Source of the DNA: Octopus vulgaris
Taxonomy: Eukaryota
DNA length: 64,000 nucleotides
Direction: 5' to 3'
Assembly: GCA_951406725.2 (NCBI GenBank)
Contig: OX597817.1
Coordinates: 103,664,001 to 103,728,000, forward strand
Shown here one piece after another: positions 40,125 to 54,337 of this stretch; within the stretch, counting starts at the first letter, position 1, and the number at the start of each line of letters is the position of its first letter. The position numbers and the translations under genes were made by a program. The notes beneath the pieces were generated by a model. It saw only the letters and a program-made list of their open reading frames with translations. It did no database searches and was not told the origin of the DNA.

Positions 40125-41245
40125 GGATCTTTTCGCTTTGACCAGCAGATTTTTAAAGTAATTTCTTTGTAACTAAACACTTTAAAACTTCGTATACTGG
40201 TAGAATGTGTTTATAAAACATCTTTTTCTCTTGGCTTTCTTGAGAAAATTCTGTAGTTTGTAAGCTATTTGTTGTTTAATTTCTTGCATTTCGGCAATTT
40301 CAACCAATCAATGACGTCTATTGAGGTGAATACAATTTCTTCGGATCGTTGTCAACAACAATTATTTGCGGTGTCATATGAATCTGTTACTGTTATTTAT
40401 GAGAAAAAAGATACCCTGTGGCCATAAACTGAGGGGTCTCTCGTAAACAGAGCTTGATAACAAAACCGTTCCCTCTTTAGTGTCCACCCATAATTATGAC
40501 CCTAGTATCGATCTATTGCATTTCAATCTGTTTTAGGGTTAGGGTTAGGGTTAGAGTTAGGGTTAGGGTTAGAGCTGGGTTAGGGTTAGGGTTAGAGTTA
40601 GGGTTAGGGTTAGAGTTAGGGTTAGGGTTATGGTTAGGGTTGGGTTAGGGTTAGAGTTAGGGTTAGGGTTAGAGTTAGGGTTAGGGTTATGGTTAGGGTT
40701 GGGTTAGGGTTAGAGTTAGGGTTAGGGTTAGAGTTAGGGTTAGGGTTAGAGTTAGGGTTAGGGGTGGGGGAAGGGAATCTTTTTTTCTTCAGAAATGTAA
40801 ATAAACCCAATCTCTTTCTTAAACGAATATATAATATGTAATGTGTGTATCTGTGCAACAGAGAGGGAAATTAAAACTGCATATGTTGTGAACTTAGAAT
40901 ATGAGTTTATAAATAAAAGTTTAATAACGATAATCTTTTATTCATACGAATGTAACTGATATGAAATATGTCATAAATAACAGTGACAGATTCATATGAC
41001 ACCGCAAATAATTGTTGTTGACAATGATCCGGAGAAATTGTATTCACCGCAGACGTCATTGGTTGGTTGAAGTTGCCGAAATGCAAGATATTTAGCAACA
41101 AATAGCTTACAAACTACAGAATTTTCTCAAGAAAGCCAAGAGAAAAAAATGTTTTATAAACACATTCTATCAATATACGAACTTTAAAAGTGTTTAGTTA
41201 CAAAGAAATTATTTTCAAAATCTGCTGGTCAAAGCGAAAAGATCC
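40125..41245. mobile_element. Non-autonomous DNA transposon (Merlin-like) with ~275-bp TIRs and an internal telomeric-type array
   Basis: TIR arms at 40125-40402 and 40971-41245 (GGATCTTTTCGCTTTGACCAGCAG / CTGCTGGTCAAAGCGAAAAGATCC). 8-bp TSD aaacaagg / aaacatgg. Confidence 0.85.
40533..40763 (+). repeat. (TTAGGG)n array with TTAGAG variants
   Basis: Directly visible. Lies between the two TIR arms. Confidence 0.97.
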
Positions 41246-41251
41246 AAACAT

Positions 41252-42125
41252 GGATTACATGGGAAAATACGAGCAAAAGAAATAATATTCTTAAGATTAT
41301 AAACCTGGAAAATTACAGGACAAGTTATTACACTTGGAAAATTTCAGGACAACTTATTACTTCTGGTAAAGTACAGAACAACAAATTTTTTGCTTAAACT
41401 ATTGAAGCTAAGGATAAAATTTGAATTTACAAAGTAAAATTACAATTAAAAAAGTTACCATCATTTCGTTAAAATATTGATACGCTAGAATACTTAAAAG
41501 ATGAGAGCCAGAAGTAACAATATAACTAAAGTTTTATGCAACGTAGAATAGTATATATGTTAGGCAAATTCATTATGTAAAAATAGGCATTGGCTCAAGA
41601 CTAAAAATGTGAAGAATTGGCAATAACTCAAGCAAATTTTACTGTGAATTTGTTGTCATAAGTAGATTTTACTTTGATAAATAACTAAGTTTTGTATTAT
41701 TCTATTTATTGTACTAATTATGCACTACTTTTATTTTGTATAACCTATTTTCAAATTTTTAATTAATAATTTTAAAAAATTAAATTTTTTAAAGTGCAAA
41801 AATATTCTAATTGAGTATTTTTTAATATTTTTAATAGAATAAGTAATAGCAAATAGAAGTAATAACTTGTAATAACATTTTTAGTTTTAATAAAAGCTAA
41901 TATTTTCCAAATCTATATATTTTATTTTGTAGTGGCAGCATCCGCTACAATTTGAAATTTTACCCTTAGCTGCAATACTTTAACTAAAAATTTTCTTGTT
42001 CTGTACTTTACCAGATGTCATAAGTTGTCCTGAACTTTTCCAAGTGTTATAACTTGTCCTGTCATTTTCCAGCTTTATAATCTTAAGAATATTATTTCTC
42101 ATGCTCGCATTTTTCCATGTAATTC
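41252..42125. mobile_element. MITE with ~180-bp inverted arms, abutting the Merlin-like element
   Basis: ggattacatgggaaaatacgagc... at 41252 is complementary to ...gctcgcatttttccatgtaattc ending at 42125. AT-rich interior. No clear TSD. Confidence 0.75.
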
Positions 42126-43869
42126 AATCGTACAAAATTGTACTGGCGTTCATGAAACTGCCAACATTTTTAAAACGTACTCTTTCTGAAGAGATAATTG
42201 AGCATATTTATGCTTTGATTCATCATTCATAAATAACTTTTCACTTAATCTCTGAAGGTCTTCCCTCGGTCGCAGCTCTTAAAGCCCATGCCTTAAGCGA
42301 CACTCTGTCCTCCATCAGGACCTCCATCTCTGTCGCCTCCGTCTTAATATCAACAACATCTCTACGTACACAGCAACTCTCGCTCAGGTCCAACTCCACA
42401 CTGTTTTTCAATTACTTCACCATGGTTAACAGCAAGTACAACCTGCGAGATCTTCCTGTATCAAGTAACCGACAGCGACATAGTAGCCACAACTTCTTAC
42501 AAGACACGTGCTTCAACCGGCTCTGCTTCTACACCACAACTTCTTGTTATAGCTCTTCAACAATTGGTACATTACTACGAACTGGTATTTGTCTTCATTG
42601 TGCGAGAACATTCTTCTAACGTCCTGTTATAGACTCTTTCTATGCTCTGTATTTTATCTCACACGCATACACCCTTGTTTTGCATGACGGCCTGTCTATT
42701 GTTATTATTATATATGTACTTATGCACACACACACACACACATATGTTAACACATAAATAAAGTCTTCTCTTAAACCTTTTATCGGTTGTGTCTCTTCCT
42801 TTTCCTTCTGGTACTTGTACTCATTTATCCATTTTGCTTTTATTGTAAGCAACCGTGCAGTGTATTGAAGGAGTCATTCATTCGTCACCTCTCCTTTCGC
42901 ACGGTCGTTCTTATTGGCACTTAAAGCATTGTACCAATTGGGAAATTCTGCCAGAGGGAGGTGTAAATTTATTTTCGGATAAGTTTGCACCTTGGCTTGA
43001 ATACTTGCAACAGAGTCGAATTCGTTCAAAACCTTGAAGACTCAGGGGCTGGTGGTGTTAAACAGGTCAAGATGGAAGCTAGCATGAGTGAATATTGCTG
43101 TTGGCTGTGTACCCTATTAGGATTTCGTAGTTACCTGCTTTTAATAAGGAAGGTCGATTTTCTTTCAGCTGTGGAAACAATAAAGACTAAAAACATTGAA
43201 ATAAGAGATTTTCTTCCCTTGAACATTTCATATCAATTTCTTCAACTAACATTTTATGGCAAACGTCCTGTCCTGGTATAAAGTTTATGACAGGTGAATG
43301 TGAACTATGAATTTGGTATTGATGGACGCAAGCAAATTCCTTGGTTTCACCTAAAGGTTGGTGTTGAAAGAGTGCAGAACGGAGTAATAAGGTGCACTAA
43401 TCCTCTCTGAGTTGTTCTCCCTAGCTTTTCCAAATAACCTTTATTTTTCCCCATTATCTCACATATACATATAAATATATCACACACATTGTAATACACA
43501 CACATTTGTACTTTAGTGAAACAGATTTTATTTCCTCATACCAAAAGGTTTCGTGCAGTTGACGCTAGTCAATCGTCCTTATCGATGAATCTGAAATAAT
43601 GAAATGTAATGATTGCTTGGGTAATTTAAATGTGTTTGGTGCTTTCAATTGATCTTTCGTGGTGCAGGTGCTTATGTTATATTAGTAGTCGGTGTTTGTT
43701 TATGTGTATAAGTGTACATGGATCTATATACTTTATTTATGGACTAACAAGGCTTTATGTTGAGAGAAATCTCTACCTTAAACCATTGGTGGCCTTGTTA
43801 ACCCACAAATAAAGAATATTTATCCTCCCATACAGTGTTGATCACTCATTCTCACTGTTCGATATTAAC

Positions 43870-44029
43870 GCGTTGGTGAGTGGTAAGCAACTTGCTTCCC
43901 AACCACATAGTTCCGGGTTCAGTACCACTGCTTGGCACTTTGGGCAAGTGTCGTCTACTAAAGCCTCCAGACGACCAAATCCTTACGAGTGAATTTGGTA
44001 GACGAAGATTGAAATATACCTGCCGTGTA

Positions 44030-44067
<38 letters not shown>

Positions 44068-44310
44068 CACATGCATGCATGCATATGTGTGTATGTGCAT
44101 GACTTTATGTCTGTCCCTGCCACCGCTTGACAACCAATGTTGGTGTGATTATACCCTCGTAACTTAGCGGTTCGTCAAAAGTGACCAATAAAATAAGTAC
44201 CAGGCGTAAAAGAAAAAATAAGTACTGGGGTCGATACATTCGATTAGAAATTCAAGGCTATGCCCCAACATGGTCGCAGTCTATTGACTGAAACCGGTAA
44301 AAGATAAGAT
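43870..44310 (+). mobile_element. SINE family A, older diverged copy
   Basis: Same head, CORE-like segment, microsatellite and tail order as the other copies. Confidence 0.85.
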
Positions 44311-44311
44311 A

Positions 44312-44356
<45 letters not shown>

Positions 44357-45139
44357 AAGACTTTAGAACGTTTCTGTAATACTATATTTGCTCTATAGTG
44401 TTATCTTGTGTTATATGACCACCAGTTTGTGAGGCCCTTTTGTATTGTTATTGCTTCTCTGTGGAGTAAAAATTAAAATCATTATTTAATTGACTTGTAA
44501 TAATTTTGTCCTACCAAAAGCTTTTGTTCACTCTATGCAAAGCAAACTTAATATATTTTGTACTAAGTAACAAGAAATTCATATGAATTAAATTGTAAAT
44601 AATGGGAAAGAAAGAAATTTTTTATGATTCGTTTTCATGTTGACATAAGAGTTATTGTTGAATAACTTTTCAAGTGTTAATCATTGTAACAAGATAGACA
44701 AAAACTATGAACTATACATGATTTAAATTATAATTTATTGCGTACTTGTCATAACCAGCAAATTATTTTTTGTGCAACCTTAATTGTAACCAATGACCAG
44801 CTTTTCGTATATAACATATAATAATTTTATGTTTTTGTAAAAAGCAAGTCTTTACTTTTCTTCTGTAGTCTCTAGTCTATCCTCATATCTAAATACGTGT
44901 TGTATGTGGAGCTCTGTTTTCGAAACTAATTTCTTTATCTCTGTCATGCATTATTCTTTTGACCAGCGCTGAATTTAGATTTAAACAACATAAATCTTGG
45001 ACACCAGCAAGGTTTTAATAAATATAAAGCTTGAAGACACCTTGTTGAAAAAATTACACCAGAAAGCTTCACAGAAATTTTAAAATATACTTTCTTTTAG
45101 ATATTTTAAGGAGATCTCGCGTACTGAGAGACTCTAAAC

Positions 45140-46430
45140 CAGTGATTCCCAACGTGGTCCCCAGAAAATTTTAATATACATTGCATTATCCACAGACAAC
45201 GTTTGGTTGCTAAGAATATTGGAGGACACATAGAAGAAGCACTCAACACTGTCATACATACAATTAACTTTGTCAAATCAAACTCAGTGAATAATAGATT
45301 TTATATACAATTCTTTGAAGATGGAGATTTTAAAACCCTATTGCTTCACACAGAAGTAAGATGGTTGTCAAAAGGCCTGAGCCTTGAAAGACTAGTGAAT
45401 TTGTGGGAACTATTAATCAACTTTCTCATGTTCAAGAGTCTGATGACTCACTACAACACCAAGAATCAAGCTGAAACAGTTAAGAAAATTTTGGAAAGAC
45501 TCTGAGTTTAAATCAAAGATATTCTACTTGAGTGATATTTTTAAAACAGTGAATCTGCTTAAGTTAGAGCTGCAAAGTAGAAAATCAGATTTGGTCACCT
45601 GTTCTCAGAAGATAAAAGGGTATATGGGGGAAAATTAAAAATTTTGGTAAAAAACAGTTTTAAAAAGTTTTGGCATCATTTAAAAATTTTAACACCACAA
45701 TTCCTGCATCAGAATGCATTGCTGCATGCATTGCCCATCGTGAAGATCTTCATGTAGATTTTGAGAGAAGATACAATGATTTATTAAAGATGGATAGATG
45801 GATTATCCACTCTGGTTTGTAGACCTAGAAAATTATGAGCCAGGAGATGAAAATTTTGAATTGGCTGAAATGTTGTTGGATTTGAAAGAGAATATGGAAC
45901 TGAGAAGAAGAGTTGAAAAGGAAGGTGACTTTACCTACATATCGATAAAGAAATCACACCCAAATATTTTTCGACATGTAGAAGCAAGCATCATTTCTTT
46001 CCCTACCACATGGATGATAGAATCTGTATTTTCAGCTGTTGTAGATATTTTAAGTAGAAAAAGAAATAAGTTAGATGTCAACAGCAGAGGAACTATCAGA
46101 CTAAGACTAAATGAACTCATTAAAATTGGTTATGATATCTTGTGTCAGAAACACCAATATCAAGTTAGTCACCAGCTGAATGAACTAAAAATGAACGACT
46201 TTATGAAAAATGATTTTGAGATCTTGTGTTTATCTTTGTTTACTAAAATAAATTTTTAATTTTATCTTTTGTTTGTTAAAATAAATTTGAAAGCGTAAAT
46301 AGACTATTTTGTCTTTTCATAAGTATTTTAGTGGGAAAATAGAACAGCATAAAATAAATGTAGAAGTGGTCCCTAGAAAGTTTTTCAAGTAAAAGATGGT
46401 CCCTGAACTGAAAAAGGTCGGAAACCACTG
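45140..46430 (+). mobile_element. hAT (Buster/Charlie-type) transposon, internally deleted, with transposase pseudogene
   Basis: TIRs CAGTGATTCCCAAC / GGTCGGAAACCACTG. Perfect 8-bp TSD CTCTAAAC at 45132-45139 and 46431-46438. Motifs HCIIHRQRL, LLHTEVRWLSKG and FPTTWMIESVFS. Confidence 0.95.
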
Positions 46431-47424
46431 CTCTAAACAATAGTTTGTTTCGTTTATACTTAAACCTGTTACTAATTTTGGCACATACATATCTGCTACG
46501 GAAAAGTATATCCTTTGAATCAATGATGATTCGTATGGATAGATGGACTTAGTAATCTAGAGCAAGATATGAAGTTCATTGATTAATTACCGACAGCCAT
46601 TACTTTAAATTGATTCCCTATCATCACAACCAATATGGAGAACAAAAGAGCATTTACTGTTGCCGTCTAAAGAAACTTAGGGTCAGTTTTAATTTATTGT
46701 ATGAAATATTAACGATCAATATGTTGTTTAAACTGGTCACGAAGGAATAGTTGTGAAAGATGATAAATATTTAATAAACTCCTTATGATATGCATTTCAT
46801 TACAAATTGTTTCAAACAATTTTCATATTCTTTTTAGGTTATGTTTAATCAGATGAATTTTTAAATTCTAAATAGAAATTTAAGAATTAGAAATCAATAT
46901 ATTTGTTATTGTTTGGCCCCAGAATATTTTTGAATGAATAAACCTATGATCAAACACACTGGAGTCATGACCGGCCTGGTGTTTTTATATTAGGGACTAA
47001 ACTCTTGAATCATTATTTACGACAGTAAAATGTGGGTGGTTTTTCGAGTGATCAGACTGCTTTTTCTTCCAAGTTGAGATCAAAAACGTAAATGCTCCTT
47101 CATTGGTTCGTAAATCAATAAGTTTATTTCCAGTGGATGATTTTTTTTCATAATGAATATGATGCAGTATTTAGAAAATAAAACTTTGATCGTACAGGAT
47201 TTGCAAGGACACATTCCTGGGGTATTGAAGAAAATCTGTATTGAGAGGATAGGCTCTTTTCGCTTATTTAATGCCACCCACAACTCAATGAAGAGACTTG
47301 ACAGAGAAAAGTGATGTATCTACGTTTGCTGCAGATTTTAAATATATAATTCTAGACTTTAGAAAATCCATACCAATTCTTGAAGTTCTTGAAAAACCTA
47401 TTATTTGTAATTTTTATAAAGAAA

Positions 47425-48160
47425 ATGCGATCAGCGCACCAGGTTGATCACATCACGGGTAAAATTTGACATTGTTTCAAGCAGTTCCAGTAGGTTTCCT
47501 TGAACGATACCTAAGCCAGGATGAGTGTTGGCTCCATCACTTTGAACTAGAGACAAAGAGACGATCCATGAAATGGAAACACCCCTCTTCGCCTGCTTCA
47601 AAGAAGGCCAAGGTCATTTCATCCGCAGGGAAGGTAATGGCTTCAATTGTTTGGGGATGCAAAAGGCATTGCGCTTATCTTATTGACCATCTTCAAAAAG
47701 GTTACACCATCAATGGAGTGTACTAAGCCAACTTTCTGAACAGTACGAAAAGCTATCAAGGTCAATCGCCCAGGAAAACTGACAAAAGGGATCTTGTTTC
47801 ATCAAGACAACACTCCAGTACACAAGTTATTGGTTTCAATGGTTGCTGTGCGTGATTGGCTTTAAACTGACTGAGCAGACTCCCTATTCTCCTGATTTGA
47901 CCCCCTCTAACTATCTTCTGTTCCTCAACATAAAAAGACACTCGGCTGGAAACCAGTATCGCAATGATGATGACGTCATATATGCTGTTGATAACCTTTT
48001 TGACCAACAGGATAAGTTTCTTCAGCAATGGGACCCAAACACTGCAACACCGATAGAAGTAGTACGCGGATCGCAAGGGGCACTATATTGAAAAATAAAC
48101 TTCATTTGTTTACATTCCATGAAAGTATTTGGTCAGTCTATGAACTCTTTAGCTGACCGC
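47425..48160 (+). mobile_element. Mariner transposase pseudogene, 3' half
   Basis: Motifs DECWLHHFELETKRRSMKW, SAGKVMASIVW, HQDNTPVH and PYSPDLTPSNYLLF, with frameshifts. Confidence 0.92.
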
Positions 48161-49489
48161 TGTCACAGGTCTTATTCGGAGTTCTTGCCCTCTTTGACAA
48201 GTAGTTTGTGAATTAACTTACGGAGTCCCACAGCTAGCTCCTGTAGCTGTGTGACAACATCATTTAATGCTCACTTTTGCATGCTTGCAAAAGTCAGACA
48301 GAATTTGTGGAAACAAATTTTTCTACTGCCGGATGCCCTTCCTGTCGCTTACGCTCACCTAGTTCCAAGCAAGGTAATATTTTCCCATAGCTTCGACCTT
48401 TATCCTGGAAGACTGGAAACGAACAACCTCGCTTGTATGACCGGTAATTCTCGTTTACAACCTTATATCGACGTCATGACAAGGATACACATACACACGC
48501 ACAAACACACATAAAGGTTTTCTTTCTGCTAAATGTGCTCATAGGTCCGAAGCTGTCGTGCAGTAATACAGAACTCAAAGCCACATGATAGGGAAGCAAA
48601 CTTCTTAACCGCACAGTCACGTTTATGTATCAATAGATGTGTATATAATCCATTCTTAGGTTTCTACTCTCATAACATATTTAAAATTAAATTTTGAAAA
48701 AAATTTAAGACTGGAACTTTTCTTTCTTTATTTCTCTCTCTCTCTCTCCCCACCACAGAAAGAAGTTCACCTTGAAGAAATTTGAACACAAAATGTATTA
48801 GTCTAAATAAATACTACAGGCATTTTATCTGGGTTGTAAACGTTCCTGCCAGTTTTTTCTTTCTTTCATTTTTATGATTAAAATACACACTTTCGCAATT
48901 CCGACAGTCCACTTTATAACCTGTACTCGCTTATAAATTTCATTCAAAACTTTTTAAATATCTTTTATCGTAGAAATTATAATATGGTAATATTTCAAAT
49001 GTATTTTTGTAACAATTCCTTAGAGTTTTCAATAATGACCATGTTTAATAAAATAATCTTGCAACGATAAAGTTTCTTGTGTCAACATTATTTAACCAGA
49101 CTAATGTTTTTTGCATTGGCGTGACTTAAACAGAAAATCTAGTTACAGAAAGCATCTATAAATAAATCCGATAGAGGAGAGGATAACAACTTCATTATGA
49201 ACAAAATTCCTGTTCTCTATTTTCTGTCTATTTATCACACATTTCTACTCTTCTCTCCGCTGTAAGTAAGTGTGTGTGGAATACAGACATCTTTCTGTCT
49301 CTATGTATATGAAAGAATGAAAAATATATACACAAGTTTCTTTATATATAGGAAAGGATGTAATTTAAAATGTACGTATTAGAGAAGTGTGCATAAATAC
49401 GAGTACACACACACACATACACATATACGTATCATCACCATGGTCGTTTTAACGTCTACTATTCCATGGCTACTTTGGATATATGTATA

Positions 49490-49525
49490 AACGTATATAT
49501 ATATTTGTTTGTGTATGTGTATATA

Positions 49526-49580
<55 letters not shown>

Positions 49581-49662
49581 TTCGTGGTGGCATAAATGTA
49601 TATATGCATGTATAAATATATACATATATATGTAGGTGTATATATATATATATATATATATG

Positions 49663-49699
<37 letters not shown>

Positions 49700-49708
49700 G
49701 TGTATGTA

Positions 49709-49752
<44 letters not shown>

Positions 49753-49835
49753 CATATATATAGATATATAAATATCTATGTATCTATGCACGCATATTTA
49801 TATACATACACATATCTGTGTGTGTGTGTGTGTGT
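49490..49835. repeat. (TA)n/(TG)n microsatellite, first of many such tracts between 49.5 and 63.1 kb
   Basis: Directly visible. Further tracts at ~52400-53080, 53490-53585, 54560-54785, 55156-55330, 55665-56340, 57270-57400, 58950-59103, 59320-59517, 60395-60785, 61545-61710 and 62990-63060. Confidence 0.95.
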
Positions 49836-49851
49836 ACTCGCACATATATAT

Positions 49852-51200
49852 AAGAAGATTCGAAGTCTTTTCCATCACTTTGGCCTCTCCGTTACAATAG
49901 ACAGTAACCATAGGATAGCAGACTTCCTAGATGTAACCCTGAACCTCGAAATGGGTTTGTATAGTCCTTATCACAAATCTAATGAAAACCTCCGGTATGT
50001 TAATGGGTACTCTAACTACCACAAGACTGTTGTAAGATCAATTGTAAATAGCGTCTCCACCAGAATATGGAGGTTGTCCGTGAATAGGGACATCTTCACA
50101 CAGAACGCCCATTACTATAATGAAGTAATGGCTTGAGCTAGGCAGACGCACCGGTTCCTACTCTCGATCACCCTCCATCACATCGTAACTGAGTTAAACA
50201 AACAAGACCACGCACTTTAACGTCGTCACAGAAATAGATCAGGTTCACTGCACTCCACAAATGCGATCTCTAAGAAATTAGACCATAATGATAAACTCGT
50301 AGAACAATGCCCTAAGTGTAGGAGAAAACCCGATACCAATTAGCAAGGTGTTGTAAGATACTCTAACCTACGGCATAGAATTCGAACTGACTGGTAATGC
50401 AAGAGGAATATAATATGGTTTAACCCACCTTTTTGCATTGAACATTGCTTCAGGCATATCTGGCATTTTCTTTAGACCACTAGACAAACACTTCCCCCGT
50501 CACACATACACATATATACCACAAAATCTTTAATAGACACAGTATAAAGTTATCCTACTCCATCACACCTAAGTTAGCGCAAACTATAGCTACCCTAAAT
50601 AACAGAAAATTAAACCCCAGGACTGATTCAGATCCACCTAATAATCCAGATACACCCCCAAACCGGCCCAGCACACGGCGGAGGCTAACGGGCATCAACC
50701 ACTCAGCAACACGACGCCTCACTCCAGGATTCCGGAAAAAACCGGGGGAACCGCCTAAGACCTCGCCTGTCAAGACCCCTCAAGGCTTTTTAACTGTTGT
50801 GCACCTTCCACGTGTCGCCTGGATAACCAGTGCCTCAGGAAGAATATAGTTTATAAGGGCTCTGTCACCACCGACAATAATACCTTCCAGTACATAGGAG
50901 CCACTGGAGATTTTATAAACATGTCCATTTCTTTAAGATCGTTTATAAGCATAAGTTCACATTGCTGGCAGAGTTGGTTTGGGACTTAAAACTGAAGAAG
51001 CCCCATACGTAATTTCTTGGTCTGCATTCCCCTACACGGGAGGAGAGGGGAGTGTAATCTTTGCACGGTCAAGGCTTTTGTGACAGTATAAATTCGGGGT
51101 AACATTATTAACAAAGGAGACGAAGTGTTTATACGGTGTCCGCATAAAGAACACAGAACCTTCGCAAAACTCATTTTAGCCCCCGCCACCTCAATATCCC
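49852..51200 (+). mobile_element. Penelope-like element (Naiad-type), RT C-terminus plus GIY-YIG, decayed
   Basis: ADFLDVTLNL...SPYHKSNENLRYV, RNIIWFNPPF, NCC...C.LDNQCLRKNIVYK...YIGATG, CNLC and RCPH. Begins directly after a (TA)n tract. AT-rich 3' region continues to ~52320. Confidence 0.85.
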
Positions 51201-52421
51201 CTTTCTACAGTGTATAGTAGCCTGTGGGGCTTCCCTGCGGAGTGTCCCTACAGAATCCTACGGACATCCACCCACGAACCCATTATAGGTTTCCGTGCCC
51301 CGTCAAACCATCCTGCTGTTCACTTCTTCCTACTCCACTATAATTATGTCTTCTACATTGGGGCGTATGTTCGTCCGATTGTCCATTTTGGACACTTACA
51401 ACTTTTATATATTAAAGACTCACTTCTGGTTACACTACTAGCTTTATAAAACTACTTTCGCTAACCCTATTAGCCCTTATGTGCTTATCCTTCACACTCA
51501 TGTTTTAAATGTACAAATCGGCCATTTGGTTTCACGAACAACTTTCCTTGTTCGATTCTTTTTACCTTTTTAAATTCACTTCTCTGACGTTTAAGATTTA
51601 TGATTTTTTCTATTAATTTTTTTCTACCGATTATATTCCAACACTTTTCTTATTTCTCTTGGTTTTCTTGGTGATAGCCTTCCTGCCATTCTTTTCCAGG
51701 TTTCAACCTCTCGAACTAATAATATTTATAAGTTGTTAATTTTTTAACTTATAATTTTTCACATTTCACCTGATCCTACATGAGTTTCAAAGTGTTTTTC
51801 CCCTTATGCATTTCCCTATCCAGCTGTTTCTATTTCTATCCCTACTTTTATTTTTTTAATTTATGTAACGGAATTGGTATATTTTTATACACCATACCCA
51901 CCCACCCCGAGACTTAATCTAAGATTTATACACATCCAACTCTCATGGAGGATTAGACACTGCAGATATTACATGAGCTTTTACCTTTATGTTTTTCATT
52001 TTTCATTTCTCACCTGACCCACGACATTATACAAAAACTATTTTATTTTATTATATCTTTTCCTTATGTCCAAATATATTTCTCCGATTCGTTGTTTTTA
52101 TTACCGATCGGAGTCCACTATATATGAAGCTATTATCCCATCTTATCTCGGATGCATTTACACCTCAAGTTACATACATTTCAAATATGGAGGCATAAAA
52201 ACCTGCTGCAGAAATATTTTATCTACAATTTTTATTTCTGATGCTTCGTGACCCTTACCTTAACAACTTTTTCTATATCCTTATATTTCCCCACTCTTCA
52301 TAACCTACATTAGTCTACCCATGGGACGTTGTTTATTTACTTACATAAATGGCTGTGTATGTAGGGATGTGTATGAGATACTTATAGAAGTTAGTATACG
52401 TGGGTGTGCGTGTGCGTATGA

Positions 52422-52456
<35 letters not shown>

Positions 52457-52701
52457 GCGGCTTAGATACGTATGTATGTGTGTGTGTATGTACAGATAAG
52501 TTTGTGTGTATGTATATATGTGTGTGTGGAAAAATATATATATGTATATATGTATGTTTGTGTGTGTATATGTATATCTCTATACCTATGAATATATGTG
52601 CGTGCATGTATATGTTTATGGATCTATATGTGTGTATGAGAGCCTGTGAGCGTGTACAAATATATGGAGATATATGTGTGCGTACGTGTATGATTGTGTG
52701 A

Positions 52702-52744
<43 letters not shown>

Positions 52745-53592
52745 TGCATATGTATATGTCTGTGTGTGTATGTAAATGCATTTATCTATCTATCTCTCTC
52801 TCTAAATATATTTATATATATATGCAACTACGTACCAATGACAAAATATTTTCTCGCCCGTATTTTATTTTTTGATTTAATTGAACCTTACTTGTATAAT
52901 TTTATATAGTGTGGAATTAACATGTCGACTCTCTAATTACATTACCACTAATGTGTATGCGAATATATATGCAAGTATATATGTGGGTGTATATATATAT
53001 GTGAGTGTGCATGCGTGTGTGTATCTATATGTATGTATATGTATCTGTGTGTGTATGTATATCTGTGTATATGTATGTATGTTGATATTCAATTTATTTC
53101 AAGATTTCTTGCCAAGAGAGAAAGAACCGGTTTCTAACCTAGCTCCAAGGCGCGCCTTCATTGGAAATTCAACATCAACAGAGTATTTCTGTCTGTATGT
53201 ATGCATGTATATATGTGCATATTCGTATGTTTTATGTATGCATTTTCATGCATATAGTTGCATATCTAGACATGCTCATATATATTTAAATGCTAAACTT
53301 CTGGAAAGTTTTACAGATTTTTACAGTTCCAGTGATGGATTGGATCAGTAATCTTCGAATTAGCTTTCCCCTTTCTTGTTTTGAGAAGCCTAATTTCTCA
53401 AGATTGGTATTTAGGCAGTGTGTTACATATCCGAGGGCCTAATAATTGTAGGTATAAACCTGAACTTGTAATCTTATAGAGTAACTGTATATATGTATGT
53501 ATGCATGTATGTATGTATGTATGTATGTATGTATGTATGTATGTATGTATGTATGTATGTATGTATGTATGTATGTATGTATGTATACAAAT

Positions 53593-54337
53593 ATATTGGT
53601 TTGGCAAGGAAGTAATTTCGTTTTTCATAAATAGAGTTACGATTTTTTTAATGACTTTTATCAATGTTATGATTTTTTTTCCTTTTGACATTTGATAGCC
53701 GTTACTTTTAGTTTACTTTAGAAGCGAATTGCGCGTAATTTTGTTTACAGCTGTTCAATGTCAATTTTAACATGGGGTGCAAAAACGAACATTTTCACCA
53801 TATTTTGCTTTTTTATTTCTATAGAGGCAAGAAAACTGCTGAGGCTCACAAAGAGATATGTGAAATTGATGGTGTTGATTGCTTAACAGAACGCACACAG
53901 AAATGGTTTAAAGATTTCCGTTCCGGAGATTTTTCACTCAAAGAGGACCAACGTTCTGGTCGACCTACTGAAGTTGAGGATGACTGAATCAAAGCCATAA
54001 TTGAATCTGATTGTCATATATGTTTGCGAGAGATGCAGAGAGGTTAAATGTATCACACACAACAATTGAAAATCACGTAAAATGTCTTGTACTCGTTAAG
54101 AAGCTCAATATTTGGGTTCCACATAAATTGAAAAAGATTAATTTAACACAAAGAATCAATATTTGCGATATGCATCTCAAACGCAATGAAATCGACATGT
54201 TTTTCTCTTAAACCATTGTGCACAATATCACTAATCGAAAACAATCATGGTCTAAGCATAATGAACCAGCACAAACCACATCGAAAGCTGAATTTCATCA
54301 AACAAAGGTCATGCTGTGATTTAGGTGGGATTACAAA
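53593..54337 (+). mobile_element. Mariner element, 5' half (TIR plus transposase N-terminus), decayed
   Basis: TA-flanked TIR-like ttggtttggcaaggaagtaatt. HILLFYFYRGKKTAEAHKEIC...FRSGDFSLKEDQRSGRP and WVPH motifs. Confidence 0.92.

Noticed and set aside
40533-40763. True telomere or chromosome fusion scar
   Set aside because: Short, single orientation, and enclosed by transposon TIRs with a TSD.
50780-51160. Selenocysteine-encoding Naiad element
   Set aside because: The conserved Cys positions I can read are TGT/TGC. The TGA near 57184 in the other fragment falls at a Trp-type position and looks like decay.
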